In this document: piece by piece, positions 1-20,380 of the stretch
How the letters are laid out: every line of letters starts with the position of its first letter
How positions within the stretch are numbered: position 1 is the first letter of the stretch
Assembly (NCBI GenBank): GCA_020137815.1
Contig: CM035351.1
Coordinates: forward strand, 2,046,001 to 2,110,000
Length of the DNA: 64,000 bases
Direction: 5' to 3'
Source: Hormiphora californensis
Lineage: Eukaryota; Animalia; Ctenophora
The notes under the pieces: model-generated
The model's database searches: none
The model's input: the letters and a program-made list of their open reading frames with translations, nothing else
Told to the model about the DNA's origin: nothing
Program-made: the position numbers and the translations under genes

Positions 1-191
1 CTTGAATATTCCCAGAATTATAATCGAAATATTAATCCATGAGTCTGCAGCATTGCTTTGTATATCAATCCTTCTCTCTGATCACGCCATACATTTCCAA
101 GAAACAGATATCATGTTTGGTCTAATTGCGGTGCAGCTCCGCAGTTCTCCCTCTCCCTCTCTCTCTCTCTCTCCCTCCCTCTCTAGCTATT

Positions 192-1943
<1,752 letters not shown>

Positions 1944-2090
1944 CACCCTCCCTCCTCAGCACTGGGCGATGACCTCTATATTTAGTACCCCCACCTCCCC
2001 CTCCTTAGCACTGGGCGATGAGTAGGATATTAGCAATCCTCTTCCTATAAATACCTGTTTGTCGTCACCAGGACCATTTAGTTTATAGTC

Positions 2091-2770
2091 TTATATACCC
2101 TGCTAACTTAAATAACCCGCCAGTGGCGAGAAGTCCCACTGGCGCGCTCTCAATATACAGCCAGTCCAGCGGCAGATTATTTCCCACTGGCTGGCTGTTT
2201 ATTATTAACTCCTATGTTACATTCAAAGTGTGTGTAAATGATCAGTTCTTACTGAAATACAGAGGGAACACTGTTTGCAAGAGTTACACACTGCATTGGA
2301 GAGAAAGAAACAACACATTCCGTCAATTTCTCTCTCTTTATCTCCCCTTTTGTTTCACTATCTCAATTCCTCTGTGTTATGTCTGGCATGCCCCATATCT
2401 TGTTATTTCTTTCTCTCTCTCCTTAGTAACTGTTACCAAACAATATACACTCAATTGAGAGATGTTTTTGACTGTTTCTCAGTTCTCTTTGTGTGTTTTG
2501 ATTAGTGTTTTCTCTCTTGTTAGTGTGTAATACTTGAAACAAACAACTAAAGCAGGGTATATAACCCATAAACTCTGACCAATGGCACGTTATTGGTTTA
2601 AACCCCTCCGCCTCTCCCTCGGCTCCGCCTCGGGATCGTCGTCGTGATTTAAACCAGTTTATCCGCCACTGGCGGATAAACTACAGCTACCTTCTCCCAG
2701 CGGCGCGCTGGGAGAAAGGTATCTGAAATAACGTGCCAGTGGCCAGAGTTTATGCCTCATGTATAACTAA
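2091..2770. mobile_element. Two abutting inverted-repeat-bounded non-autonomous elements
   Basis: Perfect 14-bp IR TTATATACCCTGCT (2091) / AGCAGGGTATATAA (2551-2564), then a 26/28 IR CATAAACTCTG.CCA.TGGCACGTTATT (2567 vs ~2728-2755). Confidence 0.55.
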
Positions 2771-2915
2771 CGTGGATGATTGCGACTTTTTTAAGTTCTG
2801 AATTTCCCCGTTTCTTGGGGTATTTATTTATTTGACACCCGGTTTAATAGTAATCCCGCGATGGTTTGCATGCTTCACACTTTCAATCAAAAGTCACACC
2901 TTTCCCTTATCTAGC

Positions 2916-5900
2916 ATGGTACGGTTACTATGGTTACTGACATTTGTTTACCATGGAGCCGCGCTCAGTAGTGTATCCTCCACTTGTGATTGTTCATCTC
3001 CTATCGGACAACTAACTCGTAAGTGTTAAACTCGAAATAACTTTGCTGCTACAAAATAACTTTGCAAATGTAAAATAACTTTGCGACTATGAAATAACTT
3101 TACGAAGACATTGAGTATTTATTCGAATGTTTCAGAGACCTGTTACGAAGAATGTGAACCACACCTCCGGGTAAAAAGGGCCAGGAGAAGACGTAGGAAA
3201 GCAAAAACGACAAAACCGGCAACAACGGAGGCCATTACTACAACCGGTTTCACATCTTCTGGCGGATCTTCTAGCTCTTCTGCTGGCTCCTCCGGTTCGA
3301 CGGCGTTTACCACTTCGACCGGCTCAACTTCTTCAGGTGCAACCTCTCCTGCCGCATCTTCCACTGCCGCAACCACCATTAAGATAACCACTACAAAGAT
3401 AACAACTGCAAAGATAACAACTCCAAAGATAACCACGCCAAAGGTAACCACGCCAAAGATAACCACGCCAAAGATAACAACTCCAAAGGTAACCACGCCA
3501 AAAATAACAACTCTAAAGATAACAACTCCAAAGATAACCACGCCAAAGATAAAATCTCCAAAGATGCCAACAACGCCTAAAATAACAACGAGTACGACAA
3601 AGATGCCAACGACGCAAAAGATAACACTGCCAGGGATAACAACAACGCCTAAAATAACAACGAGTACGACAGAGATAACAACGACGCAAAAGATAACAAT
3701 GCCAGGGACAACAACAACGCCTAAAATAACAACGAGTACGACAGAGATAACAACCACGCAAAAGATAACAATGCCAAAGATAACAACGACGCCTAAGATA
3801 ACAACGAGCACGACAAAGATAACAACGACTCCTAAGATAACAATGCCAAAGATAACAACGATGCAAAAGATAACCACTCCAACGGTAACATTTCCTGGCA
3901 TAACTGCTTCCAGCAGTCAGCCTTCTACACCCACTACTGGCCAATCTAGTCAGCCTTCTACAACTGCGTCTGAGAAAAACGTATCTGATGAGACGACTAG
4001 CGTCATGACCAATAACACTGATGCCGATATAGGATATCCAGATAGCCCTAAACTTAACGGTACTGATGGTATGATTACATTGCCTGTCATTCGTGGTGAC
4101 GGTAAGACTACGTTGCTTGGCAACACGTCAGATACAACCACTGCCAGAGGAACTACATCAGAGGTAACCACTGCCGGAGGTACTACATCAGAGGAGAACA
4201 CGACGGGGGTTACAACGGGGGTTACAACATCAGGTGGTAGCACACAGGTTACAACGGCAAGTCTAACTCCACCATCCACCACAGGGAGGATGGACAGTTC
4301 AATGACCTCTACTGAATGGACAGGTAATTTTATACAGCTGCATTTTCGCGTTACAACGTTCAGACGAAAGCTCTTAGTTCTTGACATGGGCTTGGGGCAC
4401 TCCAATTTAACGGACCAAACTCTTTCCCCTGACCTTCATGCCCCCATCCTATAGGTAGCACAGCAAGTGGCAGCTTCAGTACCCCATCTTTCACATCTGG
4501 GGCGTCCATGAGCACCGCGTCAGTCCTCCTCCGGGGGGACGACCCTCTACACGACAGTAATGGGAATGCCGGATAGTCCTGCCCCTCTATCCACCACATC
4601 CTACCATCCACCTTGGTGGATCCTCCTCCTCCTCCAGTCAGAGCAGTCCCCTAACTAGTAGCAGTGGAACTGGAACTACTAGTGCGGGAAACTCAGACTC
4701 CCCCGATGTTACTACTTTATTTGAGGTTAGTTGGGGGTGATACTGGGTGATACTGGGGTGATACTGGGGTGATACTAGGGTGATACTGGGGTGATACTAG
4801 GGTGATACTGGGGTGATACTGGGGTGATACTGGGGTGATACTGGACCAATCAATGGATTCCTTTTCTACACTACCACATCCGGCTTATTCAAGTATATCG
4901 TATACTGCATAAACGATAACAAATTCATTTTATTTTCTAGACATCAGATACGGGCGGTAAGAGAAGCTTGTTTTTAAACTCGCTTGTTTTATAGTTTTAG
5001 GCTGTTTTCCTAGGTTACAATAGGGCAGTTTTAGAGAACACGTCAATCTTCCCACGCGGTGGGCTATAGGAATTCAGTTCAATAAAGCACATATTTGTTC
5101 CTAGCCCCTGCCGCGACTTCCCTACACTATACCTCGAACATTTGTTGCTAAAGCTAACACCTCCTCTCCATAATAGAACCAACTGATTCGGCTAGTACCA
5201 CCGCACCTTTCAAGTCAACAACTGCCTTCGAAACGCCATCTGAGAGAATCCCTGAGGTCACCACCCAACCCCTTCGGGATAATTTCCGGCTGATGATGGC
5301 TGAGATTGATTGGCCAGATGCGTAAGTGTGGGCTGCATATATATCATTTCAAATCTGGTGTTGGCACACACCAAACTACTTATCATATTGGGAAACGACC
5401 GTGAGAATATAATCACGTAATATTGGAGACCTAATAGGGATAACTGGCCGTCTCTGTATACTAAAGTTATCCGTCTCAGTACTAAAGTTATCCACGAAAC
5501 TGATCCCCCTCAACCATTCCAGGCTTTCAGAAGTACCGGAGAAGTTTCGAAAGTCGCTAAAAAGCTGCACCAACCAGTACGGTGAAAAGATCAATGTTCT
5601 GGGGTTCGAGTTGGGGAACAGTGGAGCTGATCCCCTCATGTGTTTTAGCTACAAAAACCTGGGCAAGAATGACTTGCCGGCTGCTGACAGCATTGTTTCC
5701 ATCAGAACAGATCGACTCAGGGTAGGTGATTTAGGGAGGGCCGGGCGGCGGGCCCAATAATGGGGTAAGGGTCTGCTATCGGAATGATAGACATGTGACA
5801 TGTCCGTGCATGGTGTCATCTAGCACCCTTCTTCACTTTCTCTATTCTGAGAGAGCTGAAGAAGGGTCCGATACAAGTGCTTTACACCACCTCATTCCCA

Positions 5901-8900
5901 CCTGTAGAGAGGCCAGTGGTGGATGAGTGTTGATGTGGTGGTTCGAGATTATGCGATACCTATCATGGTGAAAATGATGAAACTCCAATACCCCGGAACA
6001 AACTGGTAGGTGAGAGAGAAAGACAGAGACAGACAGAGAGAGAGACAGAGACTGAGACTGAGACTGAGACTGAGACTGAGACTGAGACTGAGACAGAGAC
6101 AGAGACAGAGACAGAGTTAATTGTATAGAATCCATAACCATGACCCCTCATCTCTTTAAGGGCGAAAGAGAAAGTGGATGTGTACTACCTAGAGGACACC
6201 CCCATGTTCACGAACGTCATGACACAAATGGGAGTGATCCTGGTATCTATTGGTGATCACGCCGTGCCCAGCTCCCTCTCCAACGCGGTCATAACAAAGA
6301 TAATGGATGAGAAGTATGGTGATTTCCCTTACATTCTGGAGTGCTATATTTACAGTGGAATTCCTGACCACTACATGTCCACTCTGGTAGGTGATATAGG
6401 GGGCTGTGTTCCATATATTTGGGCATGGGGGTCTTGATTTTGATTGAAAATTTGCTCTCCGTTACCTCACTGATCTATAACAAACCCACTGTTACCTCAC
6501 ACGCACACCTCGCAGGTTTAATCACACACATGATCCACCCGATCCACACCCCCCCACAGGTTTGGTCGCACAATGAGTTCATGGCGAGCATCCTGACCTG
6601 TGTTACTCTGGGTAGCCTCATTCTAATGGTCATGATAGCCACCATTGTCACTGGCGTCCGAACCACTGATGTAAGTATACTGTAAAACTAGATATTTTCG
6701 AGGCAATTAATTTTCGCGATTCGATCAAAATTTACTATTTTCGCGATTTTAATTTTCGCTAATCCCACTGCTACCCCCATTTCACGGTCCTAGTTTATTG
6801 TCTAATTACGCCAAGAGTGCAGTCATCATTGCCATGAGACACTAGACCTGCTTGGCGTAGACCAATGAAATGTGAGCAATTACAATTTCTGATCTGATGA
6901 ACCGATTGTCGTTGACTTAGTACTAAAAGTAAAAAATGTGTCATCCTGAAATAACTTGCACGAGCTTTCTGTAAAAATCGTCCAAAATATTTTCGCGGAA
7001 TTAATTTTCGCGGATTTTCCAGCCAAAAATAAAGAGCGAAAATAAAAATCTCACGAAAATTTCTAGTTTTACAGTAGTTGTGGAAACACTTGATCTGCTG
7101 AATTCTCACAAGGCCCAGGAACTAAACACGGTCTAACCTTGGTAACGAAGTTACCCCTCTGTAGGGCATTGCGATAGTAAGGCACGTCTTAGCGTGCCCG
7201 CAATATAGGGGTAATTGCGTTACCAAGGTCTAACCCGGTCCATCTGCCTAGGAGGAGCTAGACGAGCAAGAGCCCAGTAGGGTGAATGAGGTGGATCTGA
7301 GTGAGGATGCTGGGGCGGGGGGACACATCAAGGAAACGGAGCTACTCGAGGATGAGCAGGCAACGTGCGCTAAAAAGATAGGATCAGATCATTGTGATGA
7401 TGATGATAAAACGAGCAACGATGAAAACTTGGTACGCGGGAATAATATAGCTACTGCATGAGACACTGAGACAGCTAGGACATAACTGTCAGAGCATTGG
7501 CCTGTCATGAACATTACGATTTGAGAGGTCCAATGATCACCGATTAGTGAAATCGACCAATTTTAATTCTTGGAAAGGGGAGTTTATTGGAGATTATATA
7601 TTGACAGCCATCCCTTTTATTTATTTAGATTATTGAGAACGATCTGGCGATAGAGGTCGAAGAGAAGACAGCTACTGATGCAATCTTGGATAACTTCAAC
7701 ATCACAGCGACTGGAGAGGAGGAAACGAGTGAGTTTTATTGATTATCATTAGGACATTAGGACACCTCACTGATGCTGTGCAGTTGTTGCAAATAATACA
7801 AATATTCTTGTACAAACTCATTCTTGCATGGAGTTAGGCGGGAGACACACTGAAGTTGGGCACGCTCGTTCAAATCTCAACCCAATTCACCAAAAATTTT
7901 AAAAACGGTGAAATTGACTCGGTATGGATAAAGGACACCTCGAGAGATATACCAGTAAATAAGTTAGCATCTTACAAATGATTTCTCAGCCGAAAATGGG
8001 GTTTCGCAAAACTTCGAACTTTGCCACGAAACTTCGAACTTCAGTGTGTGTCGCGAGGTTGAGATTTGAACGAGTGCGCTCAACTTCAGTGTAAAGTGTG
8101 TCTCCCCCCTTAGAATTCGTGTAGTTAGAATTCTTGGAGTTAAATTCTTTAGAACTCTTTAAGCGTTCGACGCAATTTAAATATCTATTTAGTGTGCTAT
8201 TGGGGAAGTAATTTTGATATCTCCTTCTGGTGATCAACACACACACACGCCCTCTGTGTGTGTGTTGATCACCAGAAGGAGATATCAAAATTACTTCCCT
8301 TTATCACATGGTATCTAGTTAAGGACAGGAGCTTGAATATAGAGCGATGAAATGCGATCAGTACATAGGGTTTGGTAGCTTAGTGGTTTATACCGTGTGC
8401 GGCAAAAAAAATGCCCCCCCTAGACCACCATAGTTGCCGTTGTGGTGGAGAGCTGTAACTTGGCAGGGTTGCTCCACTATGTCTATCTTGATCCTGACAG
8501 AAAAATCAGAGCTCTAGCTCAAAATTCATTTTCATGAACGGAATGAACATTGTCATTCATTCCAGGAAAAAATATTTTCCGGTTCAAAATTTAACCAATT
8601 ATGTTTGCTATCGATTAGCTTTCCAATGTGACCAAGATCAGCTAAATTGGACAACCACAAGAGACACAGTGTCATGTTTCTTAAAGTTAGTCAGGTCATG
8701 TGATCTTCACTGAATCGTTGATCGTGTTCAGTATTACGAATTGGTCTAAGTGGTAGAGAATCACGTATCACATCTGCTAATGAGGGATGACGATGCTGAT
8801 TGGTCATCAGATCTGTAGCTCTTTGATAAATGTCCTCTTTCCTCGAATCACATCACCCTGTATTGGTACACATACCCAATTAGCGGCCGTGATACGTGAT

Positions 8901-9622
8901 TCTCTACCACTTAGACCGATTCGTAATACTGAACACTCAACGATTCGGTGAGGATCACATGACCTGACTAACTTTAAGAAACATGACACTGTGTCTCTTG
9001 TGGTTGTCCAATTTAGCTGATCTTGGTCACATTGGAAAGCAAATCGATAGCCAAACATAATTAGTTAAATTTTGAACCGGAAAATATTTTTTCCTGGAAT
9101 GAATGACAATGTTCATTCCGTTCATGAAAATGAATTTTGAGCTAGAGCTCTGATTTTTCGGTCAGGATCAAGATAGACATAGTGGAGCAACCCTGCCAAG
9201 TTACAGCTCTCCACCACAACGGCAACTATGCAGGTGGTCTAGGGGGGGCATTTTTTTTGCCGCACACGGTAGCTCTGAGCATGTCTCTCTGGAGGTCCCT
9301 GGTTCAATTCCCGGTCAAACCCAGTATTTTTCGATTTTCTTCCCTATTTAATTCTTGCTCTGAACTCATTATTCAGAATAGTGTGCTATTGTTCTGCTAT
9401 TATAAACTCGAAATATTACTCCAGACAAGCAAACAAACAGTCCGTCATACACCTTTATGTTCAAAATCACCACTTTCAGGAATTGAGATGGAAGGTGGAA
9501 CGATTGATTCTCCCGATGCTGAACTGAATAAGAACTTCGACCTAGACCCTGAGAAAGCGTCCACGGACAAGTGCACCCTTCAAGATGCATCTGATGTAGA
9601 GGGAAAGATAGTAAATCAGTGA
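2916..9622 (+). CDS. Type-I membrane mucin-like glycoprotein (signal peptide, Thr/Lys/Pro repeats, small globular domain, TM helix, acidic tail), ~11 exons
   Basis: Exon 2916-3018 encodes the signal MVRLLWLLTFVYHGAALS and splices in phase to 3136-4323 (KITTP repeats). Further exons lie at ~4455-4726, 4941-4956, 5105-5321, 5524-5721, 6161-6387, 6560-6670 (TM FMASILTCVTLGSLILMVMIATIV), 7252-7431, 7630-7728 and 9480-9622. There are frameshifts in the ~4455 and ~5105 exons. Confidence 0.7.
4730..4843. repeat. 11-bp tandem repeat GGGGTGATACT
   Basis: About ten copies in an intron. Confidence 0.9.
6010..6116. repeat. (GAGACT)n/(GAGACA)n microsatellite
   Basis: Direct reading. Confidence 0.9.
6680..7074. 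mobile_element. MITE with TA target duplication (Tc1/mariner-pogo type)
   Basis: TA|CTGTAAAACTAGA.ATTTTCG ... CGAAAATTTCTAGTTTTACAG|TA. Confidence 0.85.
7135..7230. repeat. Short imperfect hairpin / tiny MITE
   Basis: ACCTTGGTAACGAAGTTACCCCT ... AGGGGTAATTGCGTTACCAAGGT. Confidence 0.6.
7837..8109. mobile_element. PIF/Harbinger-type MITE
   Basis: ~45-bp TIRs (GGGAGACACAC..TGAAGTTG.GC.C.CTCGTTCAAATCTCAACC) with TTA on both sides. Confidence 0.75.
8203..8299. repeat. Perfect ~43-bp-arm hairpin (small MITE-like)
   Basis: GGGAAGTAATTTTGATATCTCCTTCTGGTGATCAACACACACA and its exact reverse complement, separated by a short loop. Confidence 0.85.
8368..9323 (+). pseudogene. tRNA-like sequence (tRNA pseudogene or SINE head) split by a MITE
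   Basis: 5' half GGGTTTGGTAGCTTAGTGGTTTA (A box) at 8368-8390. 3' half GCTCTGAGCATGTCTCTCTGGAGGTCCCTGGTTCAATTCCCGGTCAAACCC (B box) at 9272-9322. Acceptor stem GGTTTGG/TCAAACC, with a T5 run just downstream. Confidence 0.7.
8393..9269. mobile_element. ~880-bp near-perfect palindromic MITE, TA TSD
   Basis: TA|CCGTGTGCGGCAAAAAAAATGCCCCCCCTAGACC ... GGTCTAGGGGGGGCATTTTTTTTGCCGCACACGG|TA; arms ~390 bp. Confidence 0.92.
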
Positions 9623-10211
9623 AAGAACTCCAGACCATTGGTCTGCTGCGAGATTAATACGAGAACTCAAATTATCACAATGGTTCTCCGTCATATTGGC
9701 CGCCCACAATAAAGCGTCGCCCAAAGCGTTATCAACGACGTCAAAGACGCAGTCCGCTGACATTGAATGCTTCTTTTGCGCGTCTTTGGGCGGCGCTGTG
9801 CGTGCGGCCATTATGAAGGATCACTGTAACATTTTTGTTGAAGAGATATTACAATTGCTGTTTTTAGGAATCATCGTGTGTAATCTGGTGCATTAAATTA
9901 ATTATGATTAATGGACAGAATTCGTACCACTATTTTACGTTTGAATCTTTAAGAGCTGTCGTTAAATATTTAACTTTATTTTTTGAGCTGTTATATTTAT
10001 CTTAAATCTAGCTGGCCTATAACAAATCAATACAAGAATAGATGCAGCTTATAGGGCTATCAATTATCATCCCCTGCAAGCTGAGCATCTTTTTGCAACA
10101 ATGTAACATTTGAGTGAACCCAAGAAGAAAAATATGATAACTTTTTGGTCAAATTGGCAAATTGCCGCTGGTTCAATGATGAAATGATATTTTGTACAAT
10201 TCAGATGAAGT

Positions 10212-10267
<56 letters not shown>

Positions 10268-10765
10268 GGAAAGGGACCGACAGATCTCCGTCTCAATATT
10301 CACATCTCTGATCCCTCGACCCTCTCTCTCTACCTCTCTCTCGGCTTCATCTGTTAGTCAGTCGGCGCCAAGTGTGCGTGATAAAATATCTCAAAAATGA
10401 AGAAGGTGGGAAGAAGAGGCCATGAACTTCCATGTAAAGCTGTTTTTACTCAATACATGCTTGCTCGCACCACTAAAGCCCCCTCAGAGTCAGAGAGAGA
10501 GAGAGTGGAGAAACATCTTATTATCATATCTCATGCAGTTGTACTATATATACACTACCTTTTTAACATGTTGAGATCGCTTGTTTCTTCTTCTTCGTTC
10601 CACAACAATATGTTCAAGATGATGAAAATGATCACTGTAGATCACATCATTATATCCGTGTGTGTGTCAGAGAGAGAGACGTTGGCGTGCACTTTTCATA
10701 ACCGCCAGCAGCTCCCCGCGGTGTATTTCTCTTAGCTGCTACACGATCTAGTTTATCGTTCTCTC

Positions 10766-10808
<43 letters not shown>

Positions 10809-10892
10809 ACGCTCCATTCAGTTTGTAGTTTTACTGTTTGGCAGTGCCGACACGATCTCCCACGTTTGTCGGTTGCTGCAGTACACTGTAAT

Positions 10893-11139
10893 AGGGATCC
10901 CTAAAAAAGTTCAGTATTTACACAGCGTTTACACAGTCGTTACACAAGAAAATATTGGATTGTGTGCTGCACAATTGCGTAAATTGAGCGCTGCGGCGAA
11001 AAATTTTTCCGAAAACGCTGCAAATCGAGTGCGAAAGACGCAGTCTTTACACCCAGAGCGGCGCGGGCGCTCTGGGTGTAACGACTGTGTAAAGACTGTG
11101 TAAACGCTGTGTAAATACTGAACTTTTTTAGGGATCCCT
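10893..11139. mobile_element. MITE with ~55-bp TIRs
   Basis: AGGGATCCCTAAAAAAGTTCAGTATTTACACAGCGTTTACACAGTC and its reverse complement; TSD unclear. Confidence 0.8.
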
Positions 11140-11338
11140 TTACCCTGTGATTGTTTCTGTCTCCTCCAGTGTCTTGTTCACTGTTCAGATTCTGGCGACT
11201 TTTTCAGTTCCCTGGCCTCGTGGCGCCAGAAACCGACAGTACGCTCAGATCGGGTTGTATAATGGCGCCGTGAAACATGTCTGGTGGCGCCGACTGTTTA
11301 GACAGTGCCATGATCGTTGAATGTGACCGCTGCTTTTG

Positions 11339-11567
<229 letters not shown>

Positions 11568-12023
11568 GGTCATTTGACAAACAACGAACCTTTCCCAGGA
11601 GTGATAGTTCCCAGGCTATCTGCTGAGCTGTATAATAGCCTGGGAGTGAGATCACTCTCCTTCTGAGTATGATACATCTTGAGCATAGATAGACTCTCAG
11701 TCTTATGCTCAACGGGAAGGATAAGATACAAGAGTGATGAAATCAAATGAATCGATAGAACAGGAGGAATATAGCGGTGGGCACTGGGCAGCATTCGTGA
11801 GAGAGCATTGAGTGCAAGTAATTGTTGAGTGACGAGTGATTGTTGCATTGAGTACTCAACAAGTGATATAGTGACATAGTGAGGAGATGAGAAGAACTCA
11901 AGAGGAAAAACTTACAAAAAGAGACTCAGAGATAGAGAATAGAGATGCACAAAGAGATAGAGATGCACTAAGAGAGGGGTGTTATACCAATTGGGTATTA
12001 TCGTAAACCGTATCTCCTCCATG

Positions 12024-12187
12024 CAGAGAGATATCCCATTCTTTGGAGCTGAGATATCTCCTCCAGAGAGATATCCCATTCTTTGGAGCTGAGATATCTC
12101 CTCCAGAGAGATATCCCATTCTGTGGAGCTGAGATATCTCCTCTAGAGAGATATCTCAGCTCCAGAGATATCTCCTCCAGAGAGATG
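12024..12187. repeat. ~40-bp minisatellite (CAGAGAGATATCCCATTCTTTGGAGCTGAGATATCTCCTC)
   Basis: Three full copies plus partial and inverted copies. Confidence 0.85.
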
Positions 12188-12309
12188 AGTGAGTACGAGG
12201 GAGAAAGTACATAAGTTGCTTATTTGAAATTCATTAACCGCACACGGAGATTTCTTTCCTTTCTGCCAATAGGTAGTTTAGGAAGGAGAGAGACAAAGAT
12301 ATGCATAGG

Positions 12310-12439
<130 letters not shown>

Positions 12440-12770
12440 AGAAGATACTGAGAGAGGGAGAGATACTGTACATGATCAGTAGTATATGACCTTTTCTTTA
12501 AAACTGTTCGCCGCCTCCTAGTCACTCAGTGGAGCAGTAGATGATGGCCTTCTTTGTACATGCTATGATCTGCGGCACACTGATTTCAAGAGAGAATACC
12601 TACTCTAGTATCTATCTTTCTCTCCCTCTCTCTCTCTCTCTCTCATTTTCTCATTGAGTTGCTTAGTCGAGTGTCCTAATTTTAAATCTTGTGCTGTATT
12701 GACTTTGAGGCCCGCATGATAAGTGCGAAGCAAACTGTGATCTCACATATACTCACTTAGCTATGACAAC

Positions 12771-14135
12771 ATGAGTCAATTAGATCGCCGTAAGAGCACT
12801 ACTACTACTACGACGGCAACTGGAGGGGACCCTTCATACCCTTTGGGTGGATCCCCCTCCACCACTGACCAACCCCGTCAGAGGGCCAAGAGTTTTGCAG
12901 GGTTGTCTGGGAGACGCCCCAGTACCCGGATTGATACAGAGAATTGTAGGATTTTCACGATTAGCGAGCAGCCCCCAGCAGCGGCCCCCGCAGATCCCCC
13001 TGTTCCAAGTATTTCTAGTGTTGTGACAGCCAAAGCTCGGGCCAACACTTCCAAAAAGAGGGTTAGAACTCTGTCGGACAAATCCATTGATATCAACAAC
13101 TTTCCACTGCTGGTTTCTTCTCACGAGGAACTGCTAGCTGACAACAGGAGACGTTACTCTCGTGCTAAATCCGCTCCTCTCCTAAAATCACGGCGTACGT
13201 TGAGTTAATACAGCTTGTACTCTTGTAGTTGTATGAACACGTGTTCAGTACTGTTCAGTAAAATCAGCTTGTATAGTGAACAGCTATTTGAAACTTTCTA
13301 ATTTCTGTTCGTGTGTTCTGAACTCGTTATTGTCCCTATTTTATCCACGCTACGTATTTCCCATAACAGGACGAGATAGCGGTAACAACTCGAGTTCAGC
13401 GGGGAAGAAGGACCAGGCTGAGAATAGTGACGAGGAGTTGGAGAAGAAACAACCAAAGGGAAGGAAACCAAGGAGTGGAGGGTTAGTTTCTTTCATTTGT
13501 GATTATTAGTAATCTGACTACATTGTCAAACCTTGTTGAGTTGAAACGGCCCTCAACAAGTGAAAGCAGGGCGAAAACTGTTTAAATTGACCCCCATGGT
13601 TGATCCAATTCTTTCACTCAGATCAGGTTCAAGGGGCTACCAAGTCGCGGACAGCGCCAATTACCGGGAACAAAAGCATCTAGAACGACAAATAAAGGTC
13701 AGCAGCATGTACCCTTTTCGTCATCTTTAACTTTATTCATTTTTCGAAGATACATTTTATCCTAAAATAAACCAAGCAAGACACACGTGCATCTTTCAGG
13801 GAATCCAGTCCCTCCAAAAGATGAACATTTCCAGTATCAACAAAGAGAAGCACGGGATATTACAACGCAGCAAAGCCCTCTCCTCCATGCTCTACCCTGA
13901 CGTGTTCACGGGCAAGAAGCCAAAGTGCTCCCGAAAGGGCAAGTGTTTCGGAACGGGTAATGCCGACCAATCGGACAGTATCGAATCGGGAACGTACCTG
14001 TGTGACCCTCAGGATGGGAAGTCCCCGTATACAGATGTAAAACCGAACAATAACTCGGGATCTTCTTGGAATAGAGCCATGAGCGCTGTGATGAAGAGGA
14101 GATATGTGGCAAGAAGGAACCCCGTCCTACTTTAG
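12771..14135 (+). CDS. Uncharacterised basic, Ser/Arg-rich, probably disordered protein; 4 exons (~12771-13194, 13370-13481, 13622-13697, 13800-14135)
   Basis: Three GT-AG introns join four segments in one open frame (..LLKSR|RRDSGNNS..RSG|GSGSRGYQ..RQIK|GIQSLQKMNIS..). No recognisable domain. Confidence 0.6.
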
Positions 14136-14681
14136 ATTAGGGGATGTATTATTGTGGCATGATTGAAGGGAGACTAACTCAAAGTGAACCACAGACAAGC
14201 CGTTCCCAAAAAGGGTGTCATGGGTTACCAAAGCCATGAAGATTGCATGCAGACTACTTGGGAAAGTAGGTATGGTGTGACAGTGCGAGGGAAGTTGTTG
14301 AAGGTTCAGGTGGGATGTTTTTACTGTTTATTTGTTAATCACAACACGAAGAAGTTGTTTACGATTTAATTACTATGTATAGCTGATTACACATCTACAA
14401 AACAACACCAAGTTACCTATTCCAATCGAATTGCGACATCTTCCGCCAAAGCTCCAAGTCATTTTGTCTTTGTTCATGTCCAATGTCCATGCAGGCCACA
14501 AACGCTCTTCAACCGCTCTTTGTCGTGACTGTTTCTTCGCGCACGCTATACAATTACACATGTGCATCCACAGTTCCTGATCTCCTCATTGGGCCTTTGA
14601 CCGATGGATTCTTGACCCACCTTGGCTCTTATTATTGAGAGGCATGTGTCCCTTTGCAGCAGCAGAACCCAGTTCGATTGT

Positions 14682-20380
<5,699 letters not shown>

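Noticed and set aside
3143-4405. Hydrophobic Val/Ile-rich minus-strand ORFs
   Set aside because: Antisense shadow of the Thr-rich mucin exon.
8368-9323. Functional tRNA-Thr(TGT) with a large intron
   Set aside because: The insert has TIRs and a TA duplication at a non-intron position, the anticodon loop lacks U33 and purine 37, and the stems have mismatches.
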